DNA from: Antedon mediterranea
Taxonomy: Eukaryota; Animalia; Echinodermata
Length of the DNA: 64,000 nt
Direction of reading: 5' to 3'
Assembly (NCBI RefSeq): GCF_964355755.1
Contig: NC_092672.1
Span: 16,182,001-16,246,000 of the forward strand
Positions 12,442 through 26,049 of the stretch are shown one piece after another. Position 1 is the first letter of the stretch. Each line of letters starts with the position of its first letter. Both the position numbers and the translations under genes were made by a program. Below the pieces are notes generated by a model. That model had not been told where the DNA came from. It saw only the letters and a program-made list of their open reading frames with translations, and made no database searches.

Positions 12442-14491
12442 GAGTGTTGACAAAGTGCGAGGCAGCGAGGCACGCGAGGCATGCACGGCATGCCAAATAT
12501 TTGTGCGAGGCATCATTTTATCATTTCCAAAAGTGCGAGGCATGCGAGGCATATAGTTTACAATTTCAAAAAGGTGCGAGGCATATCTTAACGTGCTATT
12601 ATGCTATATTATAGGCCTAATAATCAATCGATACAAGCGTATCTAAATAGATTCGTGTATACACTCATCATGTTGTTTATTTTTATGTAACGATTGTTTT
12701 TTCATTCAAGTCATATCGTGTCAAATTTTACTTTTACAAAAGTGCCCAAACTACGGTTCAAAAATCTGAACGACAGTCTTCAACTTTCGATAAACAATAA
12801 TTGTTATAGCGACACACTCATCAAATGACTGCAATGTTTGTTGGCATTTCGAGCGTGTTCACTCACATGTCTCTCGAACATAGCAGAGTGAAAATAATAT
12901 TTTGTCACACCCCTGCGCCTAGATCCGGTAGACCCGAGAGATGGAAAATCCCTCTTTACTATTTAGCAGGTAGCGGAATGATTCAGCCCTCAGCTCAGAG
13001 GATTGTGGTGCATTCCCCTCCTATAGCACGTGGTTTCAGCAGCAACGCACAGACTTCTCTCTGAGCGGCGTGCCAAAGACATTTTTGACATTCCATTCTC
13101 TAGGAACAACACGTGTACCTCTCTCGCAAATAAGGTGAACAGCGATTGCCAGGACAAGTTCAATAACTGGCGGTGAATAAAAGGTAACTGATATGCCGAT
13201 CCAATAACATGCCGCAAAGAAAAAAATTGCGACAGAATTCTGGAGCGCGTGTGAAAAAAGACTTACGTCCGACAATTGTAATACTAGGCCTAAAATTAAA
13301 CTTTAGCTAATATGCTTAGCCCCAACCTAGATAAAGGCCTATGTAGAAAATAATTTAATCAATTTTGATAAAATAATAATTGGTGTAATATTTAATAATG
13401 ATACACTATTCCTGTTTTAGTAAGCTAGGTATATTACGAACGATTTTTATTTATTGTTGTCCATGTACGTACTAATAAACCTGGCGCTAGTTTCCTTCGC
13501 TTATATTTTTACTCCAAATTTGATAACTAACTTTATCGTGTGAATACCACACCTTAGAAGTATACCTCATGAGTACTTTAATGAAAGAATCACATAAAAA
13601 GTAACAAATAAATCCTTAAATTAATGATTTTACAGGCGTGTTTCTCGCACACTGTTCGCGAATTTCACTTATTCAATGTTCAATATTTTTGTTTCTATGG
13701 AGCGCCAAAAGAGCAACGATAATAGAGGACTAAAACTCAGTGGAATGCGTCAATTTCTCATGCATTTATTGGTGAAAAACACGTTTTATTTCAATATATT
13801 TGTTAATTTGTCAATAAAAATGTTGTAATATGTTACTGCTGATACTGTTCTGTTTTCAAAGAATAATAATCGATCCTAAATCAACATCACTACCTAGTCT
13901 AGACCTAGGACACCCTACTAAGGATATTATGATGAATTTTTCTATTTTATTCTTTAAAAGGTTAACGAAACCGTGTACATTATCAACAGTAACATTTTTC
14001 CTTACTGACAGTGACAAAATCTATTGAAATTGTACTTGATTTTCACCAAATAATGCGTTAAATATAAATGGATTCCACAGAGTTTTTAGCCCTCTAATTA
14101 ATTTTGCTCTTTTGGCGTTCCATAGAAACCAAAATATTGAACATTGAGTGTGCGAAATGCGAGAAAAACAACGTCTGTAAAATCACCAATTTAATGGATT
14201 TATTGTTACTTTTATGTGATTTTTCTTCATTAAAGTAGGCCTACTAATTCTAAGCTGTGGTATTCAGGATAAAGCCTTGGTTAAATTACAAGGCAGGTGC
14301 AAAAGGAAACTAGCCTAGCGGGCCTAGGCCTAGGCTACTTCAATTTCGGTGATTTCCTGCCTTGCAATTTTGAGAAATGATAAAATGATGCCTCGCATTT
14401 TTTGATGATGGTAAAACGATGCCTCGCATAAATTTCTGACTTGCCTCGCATGCCTTCCCTGCCTCGCGTGCCTCGCACTTTGTTACTACCC
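12442..14491. mobile_element. Mutator-like non-autonomous element
   Basis: Termini ..acaaagtgcgaggca / tgcctcgcactttgt.. with repeated gcgaggca motifs, and a 9-bp TSD gattacatg. Confidence 0.8.
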
Positions 14492-14640
14492 GATTACATG
14501 GCTGTGTATGACCGCAAACTGTCTTATTGGCCTCTACATAGTACTAGACTATAGTAGGCTAGAAACAAATTTAGCCTAACAATAATATATTAACCTATTA
14601 CAATACATGTCATTACCACACAAACAAGATTTATTTCCAT

Positions 14641-14737
14641 GGGTGTGTAGAAAGCAACGACCTCGAATTGGATGAACCCAACGACCCGGGCGACCTCGAA
14701 TTGGACGACCCATAACACGAAACCGACGACCCCTATA
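14641..14737. repeat. Solo TIR-like remnant with cgacc motif repeats
   Basis: gggtgtgtagaaagcaacgacctcgaattgg...cgacctcgaattgg..cgacccc. No partner end seen. Confidence 0.35.
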
Positions 14738-14769
14738 GCCTAGCCTAGGCCTAACTGTGGTATAACATC

Positions 14770-15592
14770 CTGAAGCCGAACATAGCCAAAGATCTTTAAA
14801 CCATACCTTATATAATACTCGCAAGCAAGCAATTGATTGAAAAAATACAGAAATATCGCCATTTGATACTGAATGTGTCAACACGAACAAACGAACAGAT
14901 ATGGAACGCCAAGAGTGCATCATTAAAACTGCATTCGACTCGATTAGCACACAAAATATCATAAACATGGCAAACCAGGTTTTAATTCAGTTTTCTGTAC
15001 ATTTAAACTTTAAAGTTTATTTTCAATGAGCCAGTTTTTAATACTATTTAACATTTAGAGCTTCAATTACTTCATTAATATCGTCAGATGAGTAATGAAT
15101 AGCTGTATCATCTACATACATGGAAACGTTACTATTTTGTGGCAGATCATTAATATAAAGTAGGAATAGTAAGTAATGGGCCTAGAATAGACCCCTGTGG
15201 AATCCCACAGGTACTTTTACATGTGCTTGACGAGACACCATTTACACTTGTAATATGATTTCTATCTAGCAGGTAGTGTTTTATCCAATTTATTACATTA
15301 TCTTGGAGATTGAATGATTTTAGTTTTTTAAGTAGGAGCTCATGGTTTACAGTGTCAAACGCTTTTTTAAATCAATCATTGCAATACCTATATACTTTCC
15401 TTTATCAATGGATTCAAGCCACTCTTCAGTTAAATTAAGGAGAGCAAAAGTGAGTATCCTGGTCTAAAACCTGACTGATGTTCATATATCATATCATAGG
15501 AAATACAGAGATAGGAATACATTGGTCAAAGACTACTCTTTCAAGAATTTTAGAGAGAACAGGCAGAACCGAAATAGGTCTATAGTTGCTTC
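14770..15592 (-). mobile_element. Decayed CR1/L2-group LINE reverse transcriptase
   Basis: Minus strand NYRPISVLPVLSKILE, IDLKK/AFDTVNHELLL, CGIPQGSILGPLL and YINDLPQNSNVSMYVDDTAI. Confidence 0.9.
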
Positions 15593-15681
15593 TTTCCTTC
15601 TTTTTTTTGTTTACCAATTACAGCATAAATAATAGAATGGTCACTTATACCACGTCTATGCAATACACCAGCATTGCTTAC

Positions 15682-16125
15682 TTTTTTTTTTTTATTTGAA
15701 CATATAATACATTACAAAGGAAAAACATAATCAAATAAAAAATTAAAATTGAAAGCAAACAAAAACAACAAAGATATCCATCTAACAAATTAAATAAAGG
15801 TTCATAAAAATCATTCTACTCTCTAACCATTTCATATTTGATTTATAAATTCTTCTAATTTTATCCATTTTCTATTAAAAATACTGTCCTCAAAATTCTA
15901 ATGATAAATTAATTTTTCCGTTTCATAAAACCTTTTTAACTCGTTCATAACCATTTTGATAGTTGGCTTACATTTAACTAGTTTACATTTATAAATAAAT
16001 GATTTTACTATTAGAATAATTGCATTAATGGCTTTTAAATTAAAAAACTGATGCGCATCTTGGTATCCGAAAATTATGCTCTCTTAACTAAAAATAAATT
16101 GCACTCCAGTTTTTTCTGAAATTTA
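15682..16125 (-). mobile_element. L1/Tx1-like LINE 3' end
   Basis: FGYQDAHQFLILKAINAIILIVKSFIYKCKLVNVKPTIK..., ending in aataaa plus poly(A) (T-tract 15682-15693 on the + strand). Confidence 0.65.
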
Positions 16126-17504
16126 TAATTAATAATTAATTAATTAACTCCCTAGTTATACTATAAACCAAATAAAATAGGGGCTAGTATGTTTTTGTTT
16201 TTCTCAATTATTGACATCATTTTACGGTGGTAATAAAATCTAAATCTACTACTTAGTATTAATTATGTGACCTACAGCGACAGCCTAGATAGTAGATTAG
16301 GCCTATGTTTAATTACATTCATGTTATGTATTTTGTGTGTAATAAATAATTTGCTGAATTACTGTAATTATTGTTCAAATGTACAGTTGTATTGAAAATA
16401 CAGTATATTATTAAATTATAATAAATACGTAATTTTAATTTATAAACAAGTAAACAAGTAAATAGGCGGCCGATGTTTTTAACACAGGCAAGTAGGCCTA
16501 CCATTTTTTTTATAAATATTACAGACTATAAATTTAATAGGCCTAATAATTTATTTAATAAATACATTGAATACTTAAATAGTTACAGTATATTTTTTAT
16601 TATCAACATTGAAAATAATACACTTCTTCGGGTATCGCCGAGAGTTGAACTTTCAAAAACTCAACTTGGCAGAGCACGTGGTTTTCACCACAATTCGGCA
16701 CAGTTCCCTTGTGTTGTTTTCAATCACCAACTTGTGCGAGCAGATGGTTGTTTTTATCCAACCTGTGCGAGCTTCTACTGAAACAACAAGTAAACTTCCA
16801 CAAGCCCGCACTCTCCACACACCGTACCCATGTGCTCCTACTACGTACGGCAGCAGCTGTGAGGTTTTTTGCTATACGTACGCATGCGTATTGTTTCACG
16901 TCACGTAGACGGACGTCTGTTGATGTTTTTTTTTTTTTTCTTTATGATTTCAACTAGGCTTCGGCAAGCTCATCACCGTAGCTTCATAAGTACTTTGTTA
17001 AAACTTTTTAGGCCTAAGCCTACATTTCTATAGGCAATATTTTAGATATATCTATTAAATAATTGTAAGATAATTAGTGCCATGTCTAGGCCACTACATT
17101 TTGAATATCGCAAAATAGCTTGATTTCGGAATTTTTGCTCCTAAAGTAAACCCACGTGAATACGCCTTTTTCATTCACGAAACGGAACATATCTTCGATC
17201 GATGACAAACAATGCCGTTCAACGAAGCGTAACCAACAGAAATAACATAGCGTTTTCAAGGGATTTCAGGACACCGTGTTAATTAAACAATCGCAACTCT
17301 TGCACGGAGGATCGTATGAGAAAATAAATTACTGTAAAATGTTCTTAAAAGATTGGCCTACATCACTGTGTAATTGAAAAAATTTGAAAAATTGTTTTCA
17401 CTACTTAAAATCCATCGAAAAAAACACTACAGTGTATTAAGCATAGGCGTTTTTCACCGACGTTTTTTCGCGGTGCAGTCGCGGTATAAAACGTTAAAAT
17501 TAAG

Positions 17505-17602
17505 TTAAAATAGTGGGAAAGTAAAAAATGATGAGGGCAACCAAAATCTAAAACCTACTTGCCCGAAGGGCAACCAAATATTTTAGGATTCTGCGAGCCC
17601 TG
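17505..17602 (-). mobile_element. hAT-type element terminus (CAGGGCTCGC) that truncates the BEL gag
   Basis: ...gggcaaccaaa..cctacttgcccgaagggcaacc..gagccctg. The same family end occurs at 29025-29127. Confidence 0.6.
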
Positions 17603-18430
17603 TATTAGTTTCAAAATTAGAAATGAAATACCAATACTCTCCAGAATCACCCCCAAACTCTGGTATTGTAGATTTAGGCAATTCAAACGATAATTTAAGT
17701 TCACTAATAGCATTAATACTAGATTTGTCAAAGTTACTTTTAGGGTCCATATTACCCTTAACATCTGAACGGTCTGGTTTCTTGTCCAAGGTTTCGGCAT
17801 TTTTATTCTTCGTCAGTTCCAACTTCCATCGGGCACGCTTCACTACTTTCAACAGCTCCACCTGACAACCCTCCATCTATTTTTTGGTGTCCGCAAATTC
17901 TTCGTCACTTTTTATTAATGCTACAAATGCTTCATGAATGTCCTCCAGTTCTACCACCTGTGTCTCAGATTTCTTGAGCAGCTATGTTATTTCTTCAATG
18001 TCTAGATTGTCATCTTCTTGCGACAGCACCTTAATGATATTTAATGTTCTCGTCAAATGACCTTTTTTGTTTCTGCGACTAAACTTTATTGCAGCCTTCC
18101 TTTCCTCCATTACGATGCGTTTCCAATAACCAAATTCCACTTGTTTTGTTTTATGATGAACCTCGCTCAAAACAAACTTAGGCCCCAACTTTAATAAACT
18201 GAATTGACTGGTCGACAAACACAAATTAAACGCATCACCACAATAATTGTTTGGTGTCGCCGAAGCTTCCATTTATTTGTTGTATTGCCTACACCCAGCA
18301 CGAAGCTTAATTGTCAACTGCCCCGCACAACAACCTGTGCAATGTTTTATATAGCTAATTTGCATAAAGGTGTAACAAAGAACAATACAGTATGCTCTAT
18401 TCACCTTCTGAACACACCTGATTAGTCAAA
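17603..18430 (-). mobile_element. BEL/Pao LTR retrotransposon 5' fragment (leader/LTR remnant plus gag pseudogene, ATG at 18110)
   Basis: MEERKAAIKFSRRNKKGHLTR...HEAFVAL...ELPKSTIPEFGGDSGEYWYFISNFE (DUF1759-like), with two in-frame stops. Confidence 0.75.
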
Positions 18431-20040
18431 TGATCAGTCACATGATTTCAGATTACGCGATTGCCTGTTTAGGGTGGTAGCAGATGATACTTTGTTGTAA
18501 TTTTTATTTTTTTTGTATAATGATACACACTATGTTGATGTTTGCTGATTTTGGTCGAAATAAATGATTTGAATTTTAAAAAAATAAATAAAATACAGTG
18601 TTTGGAATGTAATAATTGATTAAAGGAAAGACATCCCCATAATTAATGGACTCTACCAGATGTGTTCATCTCTTGGTGCCAGAATCTCTCGTGGAACCAT
18701 GGAGAACACATGAGGTGATAGGTAGTATTTTAGGTACATGGATTACGTGATATCAAAGAACTTATAACACAATAATCTCCTGTTTGTCCGAAGCGTGTAA
18801 CATTTTCGAAATGCATTGTAGGATAGAATAACATATAAAAGCTCTAAAAAACATGAAATGATAATCTAAATTTACAATTTTCTTTTATGCTAAGGATACA
18901 AATATGTAGTTTGCGGATTTTTTACCATATTCTGTTCCAATATTTTCTTTAAGTTTTTTAAAATTAATATTTTAATTGTTAATATGCCTATATTTGAATG
19001 AATTAAGTATTTTCAAATAAAACAATTATGCAAAACTACTTTGATTAACTAGTTTATTTTTGTAGTTTATCATCACAAATAAATCATATATTTTTAGTTT
19101 TGAAAAGAATGAATTTTACTATGTATTAATAATTGAATATTCATGTACAGACCTGCGCCCTCGATAATAATTAATAGTTTTTCCTTTCTAGTTTGGAGAG
19201 GGCACTGCTCCATAGGCGTAGCCCAGTTTTGAACTTTTAACCCTGTACTTCCGATACCGCATGTTTGAATAGGGATCGGACGAGCAGAACATTCTTGTGT
19301 TAGAAGTTCTTTGGTGATAAAAACGGAAAATAATGGACTTTCTAAGGATTTATCAAGGAAGTATATAATATGAATATCTTGTGTATAAATTTTCACATAT
19401 GAAAGTAGGCCTATATTACTGTAGTAAACAAATAAATCGGATGATGTGTCCACCTCCCCGCCAGTGCTGCCGGCCGAATAGCCAACAAACTAGGAGCTTA
19501 CTACTACACTACAGATAGGCCTAGCTAGCCTAGTTAGGTACAGGTACTACTGAAATTCAATTGTTGAGCTTATTACATAGCCTAGGAGGCCTGAGTTCTG
19601 TTTGGCATACATTTTAGCTTGGTTTAAGGTTTAATTATGCCTGGACAAAACAATAGAAACATTGGGGGTTTTTCCATTATTAAAGTGGGGGATGTGTGGT
19701 TGTGTATATTGTGTGCAGGTACGTCATTAGGAATGACATTGAGAGTCCTCTTCTATCAGTTGACTGGTTCCCGGCCTACCGCCTTGTAATTGAGTTCCAA
19801 CAACAAGATACAAAATGTTTTGGGGCCTATACATATGATATAACAATGTAGACCTATCTAATAATGTTTTTATTTATTTATTTGCAGATAAAGGAGGATC
19901 ATCAATAAAATAAAATGATAACAATTCTAGGCATTTAATATACGGTTTACTGATAAATGTAATGTACTAATGAAATAAACCTGGTGTTCTGAAACATATT
20001 TTAATAACTTTTTAACAGTTATTAGTGAACCTAACATTAA

Positions 20041-21048
20041 CACTTTGACTGCCAAACACGAAGATCTTCGTTTTTGGAAACACAACGCTTGACTGCCAAA
20101 CACGAAGATCTTTGTGTTTCGCGTTTTTTTACGAAATCCGGTAGATAGGTTAACTATTGGTATATACTATAAATATGAACACTATATTCGGTCTGGACCG
20201 TCAATATTTTACAATTTGAAAGTAACTAATCTGGTTACGAACGACTGTCAAAATGGTACCTGTCGAAATAACAAATACCGCGCATCACAGTAGCGCGTAG
20301 AGCGATGACTTGGCGCATTGTGTATCGGTTGCGCGCTAGCTATGCCGCCGAAGCATTACAAAGGTTTTTGTGGATTGACTTGTTTGTTTGTTATCTGAAT
20401 AAAAAATAATGGAGTCATTTTCAATATGAAGTCTTTAATTTTATTATTGTATGTATACCCTAATTGTTTTGATGTTTTACTGAAAGTGACAGAGTTTCAC
20501 GCAACAAACTTGTTTTGAAATGGTATGGATATTATCATCAGTTTACTATCTAGGCTAGCCTAGTAGGCCTAGTACTAGGCTAGCCTAGGCCTAGTCGTAA
20601 AACGGTTCCGGACCAACTTGGCTGGGCCTGGTTAACTAGGCCTGGTGTCTTTACGTGGATTTTGGCGAAACATTGATGTAAGATTTATGATTATAAAATG
20701 TAATACATTTTTCGATAGTGATAACTTGTTTTTATAGGCCTATCGGTGCCGTGTAAGTAACTTTTTCGTTGTTTGTTGATCTCACCGGGCGATATTTTCA
20801 TATTGTGATGTCTTGCACAAAATCGCGAATATCTTGACTTTCTTGCGCGAAACTACGAAAAACTTGCGATTTAAAAATCGTTCTTGGTACCATTGTAAAT
20901 CTAAAATCTTTATGATTATTTTAGTCTAAATTGCATATAAATCAGATCACATACATGGTTTCAATCAGCTTTAATAAAAACATCGAATTGGGCTAAAAAC
21001 GCTGGCGGTGGCAGTTTCTAACTGGAAAAACCTCTGGCAGTCAAAGTG
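20041..21048. mobile_element. piggyBac-like non-autonomous element
   Basis: TTAA|cactttgactgcca ... tggcagtcaaagtg|TTAA. Confidence 0.85.
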
Positions 21049-21112
21049 TTAACCAAACACTAATGTTAGAAAACCGTTATGTGTTTGCTGGGCTGCCACA
21101 ATGGAACAATAG

Positions 21113-22228
21113 GCGTGATAGATTATTAAGTTTTAATGTCTCACCTCAGCTCGCCAAAGTTATATATAGTTTTTTGATTAATAGACCGCAGATGGTTAAG
21201 TGCAATGGTATCCTATCCAACAAAGAATCTATCAGTGTTGGAGCTCCTCAAGTATGTGTTATTTCCCCAATTTTGTTTTCTTTTTTATTCAAGTAGTTTT
21301 AATATTTTAAGTAAAGATTGCAATATTGTAAAATATGCTGACGATACTGTAATTAGTGGTTTTCTTTGCGATAAAGCATAATGTAAATGAATTTGTTAAT
21401 GAAGTTGGAAGATTTGTTAATTGGTGTGAGGATATGAACTTAATACTTAATATTACTAAAACCAAAGAGATAATAGATTTTTGTAAAACCGCAGTTGAAC
21501 ATAATGTAATAACTATTAAAGAAACCGAGATTGAAAGAGTAACCCAATACAAATACTTGGGTACTATAATTGACAACAAATTAAAATGGGAGTCAAACTC
21601 TCTCATGATTTCCAAGAAGGCATCTCAAAGGCTTTACTTTTTCAGAAAACTCAAGCAAATTAGAGTTGATAATACTATTTTAATTCTATTTTATCAAAGT
21701 ATTATTCAAAGTATTTTATCTTTTAGCATTAGATGTTTTTATGGTATTAACTTTATTGAAAATGATAAGAAAAATATTGAGAAACCACGTAAAATTGCAC
21801 AACGTATTATTAAAGCTGATCTAACGCCTTGTTCATTTATCTATGAAAAGAGTATTTAAAAAAAAGTAAACAATATTATGAAACACCCCACTCATCCGTT
21901 ACATTACTGTTATAACTTAAATAGATCAGGTATTAGGCTACGACCTCCAAGAGCAAATCTTTGTAGAACTAGAAAATCCTTCGTTGTAAATAGCATTCAT
22001 ATTTTTAATTCTAATGTAAGACGATAATGCAATTTTTAAATAGTTTTACATTTTTTAACAGTTTTTTTAATTTTAACTTTTTATCTTGTATTTTTATCTG
22101 TTATAATACTGCACGTTTTAAATTGTTGCAACATTTTTTATGTTTGTTTTTTATTGTTGTTTTAATCTACCAAGCAAAGTGAATTTCCATTTTTATGGAC
22201 AAATAAAATTTCTTGAATCTTGAATCTT
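21113..22228 (+). mobile_element. 5'-truncated Rex1/Babar-like LINE
   Basis: FLINRPQMV, GAPQVCVISPILF, KYADDT, KTKEIIDF, YKYLGTIIDNKLKW, KKASQRLYFFRKL, and a (ttgaatc)n tail. Confidence 0.9.
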
Positions 22229-23699
22229 AGGTATGTTAAACAAAGAAATCACGTCAAAGCAGGATGGAGACGGAATTTTAAGACAAAGGCGTTCTATACA
22301 AATGCAAATCTGGTGGAATACAACATGATCAATGCTGACGGAAATTCAGGTAAACTCTGCTAAAAACAAGGCCATACAGATGGCTGCAGTCGCGTGCTCT
22401 AGTTAGTGTTTACTGACTGACCGACTTAGTGAGCTGTAGAGTGCCAACAAAAATGGCATGAAAAGTTAAGAGCTCACATGTCGAACATCCTGGAAACAGC
22501 ACACATATTGAGGAAGCTGTTATGTCTCTGAGCTTCTTATTTCGTTTCGTTTTCCAAGGCGAGACTCGATCTCTCGGTACCACCGAGCAATACACAACTG
22601 ACAGAAAGATTCCTCAGTGTATTTACTATGCAGTAACCACTTTGGTGCAGATAGATTATTACATAGGCCTACAGCAATGAATTATAACTTTTTACTATGA
22701 TGACATCTTTAAAAATATAAAAAAAATAATGCACTGTCAAACTATATACTATTAAATGTAATATATGAACATTTTAAGGAAGAAAGTTAATGGTAAGTTT
22801 GTTATTTCGGCCTATGAAAATGTCATAATTTGTTTGATTGTCGAAATTATTAAAAAAAAATTTAATATGCAATTATGATGAATTAATCAACTTTTGTTCT
22901 CTTAGTTTCATAATAAATCATACATATGATACACTTTAAGAAAATTAAATGCAAAATAGGTGTTCCCAAACATTCTGACATATAGCATATTTTCACCATT
23001 TTGTTAACTTACACGTACGTACGTGCGTAGCCTGTCAATTGTATAACGTAATTTCGAGTTGAAAAGTGACTCAAATATGAAAGAATGATTGTAAGGCAAA
23101 AAGAGTGCATATTAACATTTACTGCGCAGTGAAAATTTTAAGCGCGCATACGCATGCGTTACATGCGCTACGCACGCACCGTGAAAACATAACCACATCC
23201 TTTCCTGGCCATAAGGAATATACTGTGAAAAATTGACTTAGCTAGATGAAAGTGATATCAAGACAAAGCCATACAAGTTATAATAATAATAATTATAATA
23301 ATAATTTATTTCGGAACTTCACTTTTGTAACAGTGGCACACTTCACATTTTGAAGGTGCATCCAACAAAAAATATATATAAGAAAGCACAAAATAGACAA
23401 AAAACATATGTAATCTTACTCAAACTACATACGGTGACATGTAATAAAACCCATTCATTCCCCTCCCTCCTCTTCTCCAAAAATAACAAGTACAACATAT
23501 AATTTAAATACAGTACATGATTACTCTTAATCTACAAAACCAATCACTAATCAAATATAATAACCAGTGTTAACAAACAGAAAATTAGATTAGAACCAGT
23601 ATAATTGTTTATGCAACCACTTTAGACCATAACTGTTAATATACATACTATTGTATTTACAGTAACTGTTTATACAAATATAACTAGGCAAAAGTAAAA

Positions 23700-24153
23700 G
23701 AATTATTGACTACGGTGCTCTTCTCTGGGGCACCGGAAGTAAAACAAACATTAATAAGATTCAAAAACTTCAAAATCGCGCTATGCGTGTAGTTCTTCAA
23801 GCTCCGCCTCGCACCAGCACTCACATTCTTGTAACATCTCTACACATCATGAATGTGTCACAGAGGGTGCAGTACCAGGTAGGCTGCCTAGCTTTTAAAG
23901 CCATGAACAATATTGCCCCTCGATACATCACCCAACGATTTTCCACTGTTCCGATACACTCTATGAGGACTAGGGCTGCTTCCAGGGGAGACTTACTGGT
24001 ACCCAAAGTTAAATTGGAATGTTTCCGGCGCTCTTTTATTTATTCTGCTTGTATTTTATATAATGTATTACCTTCTGTTTTGAAAGAATGTACCAATATT
24101 AACTCGTTTAAATTTAATTTTAAAAAACACATTTTATCGTAATTGTTTAATTG

Positions 24154-24188
<35 letters not shown>

Positions 24189-24366
24189 GATAATTATTTT
24201 TTTATATAATAGTTTTAAATTTAAATGTATATAGTAGATTTGTATTAGTTAAGTATAGTTTTATATATTTTGTCATTTTTAAGAGGGCCCCTGAATATCA
24301 GCTGGCCTGCGGGTTCAGCTGGAAGGGTTACCCTCTATAAATAAAGTTGAAATAAAATAAATAAAA
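23700..24366 (+). mobile_element. 5'-truncated CR1/L2-group LINE 3' end
   Basis: IDYGALLWG..KIQKLQNRAMRVVL...APRYI...TRAASRGDLLVPK...RRSFIYSACILYNVLP, plus 3' UTR and aataaa tail. Confidence 0.85.
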
Positions 24367-25132
24367 ATTATTATGACGAAAACAATTAACAGACACTTTT
24401 AAATAATTAGTTATCTAAAAAACTAAACCTAATTTTACTATTACAAAATGATACTGCAATACAGAACCAGACACCTCTTAATTTATCTATTTTTTTGATT
24501 AATAATTGAGAGCGCTTTTTCCATAATCTTTTATTGTTTACGCGACTAAAAATGTTGAAACATTATTTGCGTATTAAATCACTATATAAAATGTTCAGCT
24601 TGTTTAATTAATATACTGTACAATAATATTAACGTAGGACTAGCCTACAATACATTGATAGAAATACAATATAATGTAATTCATTATAGTACAGTTACTA
24701 TAATTTTCTCTTTTAACACTTTCACCGCCAGGCATTCAATAAAGGAAGTACCCCTCACCGCCAGCCATTTTAGATAAATTTACCTGTTTTTCAAAGCTCA
24801 TAGCAAAGGTGTTTGTAATCAGAAAGACATGCAATATACACTCAAATAATGAGATAGAAGTAAACTTTCCAATGGTACCAAACACTTTATTGAAATAAAA
24901 CTGTAATACCACATAACTGTACAAAGAACTTGGCTCACTTTTAATTTTATGTACCATTTATTCAGTTACTTATATATAGACCCAATTTTCTCATCTAATG
25001 GATACTTATGTCTTTATTATAACCTGCATTTTATGTGCAATTATTTAGCTAAATTTATTCAGTTACTAATTGATGTTAGATCCAAAATGTACAAGTATTT
25101 ATTTTAACGCATTTGTTTTCCAATCATATTAG

Positions 25133-25935
25133 GTTCTGATGGATTGGTTTGGCGTTGTCATCGTTGCCGTCGAACAATTGCAATGAGGACGGGTACCTTT
25201 CTTGCTGGACAGAAGATAGCTATGGATGATTGGTTAAACCTTGTATACTACTGGGCAACAGAAACGTCTGTCAAACATGTAAGTAAACGTCTTCTTTGCC
25301 CAATTATTAATTAAATTATTAAGTTACTGATTTGACTTTATCTTGTCGAATTATGTTTATGCTGCAATTGACTAAACACATCTTCCAAAAAAAAAATCCT
25401 GACACAGTAATCAAATTAAATTCGTCTATTTCATATCAATAACAATTACGTTTTTATTGTATTATTTTTTCAGGCAATTGTGCACACTGGCCTTAAACCG
25501 AAGGTGGTTATCCAGCAGTATCGATTCTTGCGAGACATTTGCTCCCAGAAGCTCCTTCAAACTCCAACTTTACTTGGCGGTCCTGGTGCAGATTGACGAG
25601 AGCTGTTTTAGTCACAGTAGAAAGGTATAGATACACTTATACTATTGTCTACCTCTTAAACGTAAAAAAAAAAAACCTTACATTTTCTTTCTTCCTTTCC
25701 CCGGGGTACAACAAGATCGTCTTCTTCCTGTATGTTTATTTCTTCTTCTCCCTCTTAAAAATCATCCACCCTCAGCATGCATAGTCTAAAAAATTACATT
25801 AACTTTTCGTTCTCTTTCCCCGGGGTACAACCAGATCGTCTCCTCCTCCTTCTCATTATAATGTTTTATTTCTTGTTTTTTTCTTTATAGATTGGATGTG
25901 GACGTGCACCAGAACGCGAAATGTGGGTTTTTTTT
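25133..25935 (+). pseudogene. Merlin (IS1016/IS1595-family) transposase pseudogene with introns (exons 25133-25278, 25474-25624, ~25891-25935)
   Basis: SDGLVWRCHRCRRTIAMRTGTFL..LVYYW | ..YRFLRDICSQKL..LLGGPG/VQIDESCFSHSRK | GRAPEREMWVF, with GT-AG introns and a frameshift before QIDES. Confidence 0.8.
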
Positions 25936-26049
25936 TTATCTTTATGATCACAACTACCACAGTACAGATAATAAATACTGCAATATTAGGAAGCGTAGAC
26001 AACGTTTTGTACGCATGGCAACTTCGTAGGTTTCGCATGGCATAATCTA

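Noticed and set aside
17100-17260. hAT zinc-finger coding remnant on the minus strand
   Set aside because: Only scattered W/C residues and no consistent frame
19094-19453. 119-aa ORF
   Set aside because: No recognisable motif, and the composition is typical of AT-rich non-coding or repeat DNA
24713-24790. Complete piggyBac-like element (ttaacactttcaccgccag)
   Set aside because: Only one terminus was found, with no matching inverted end in the window
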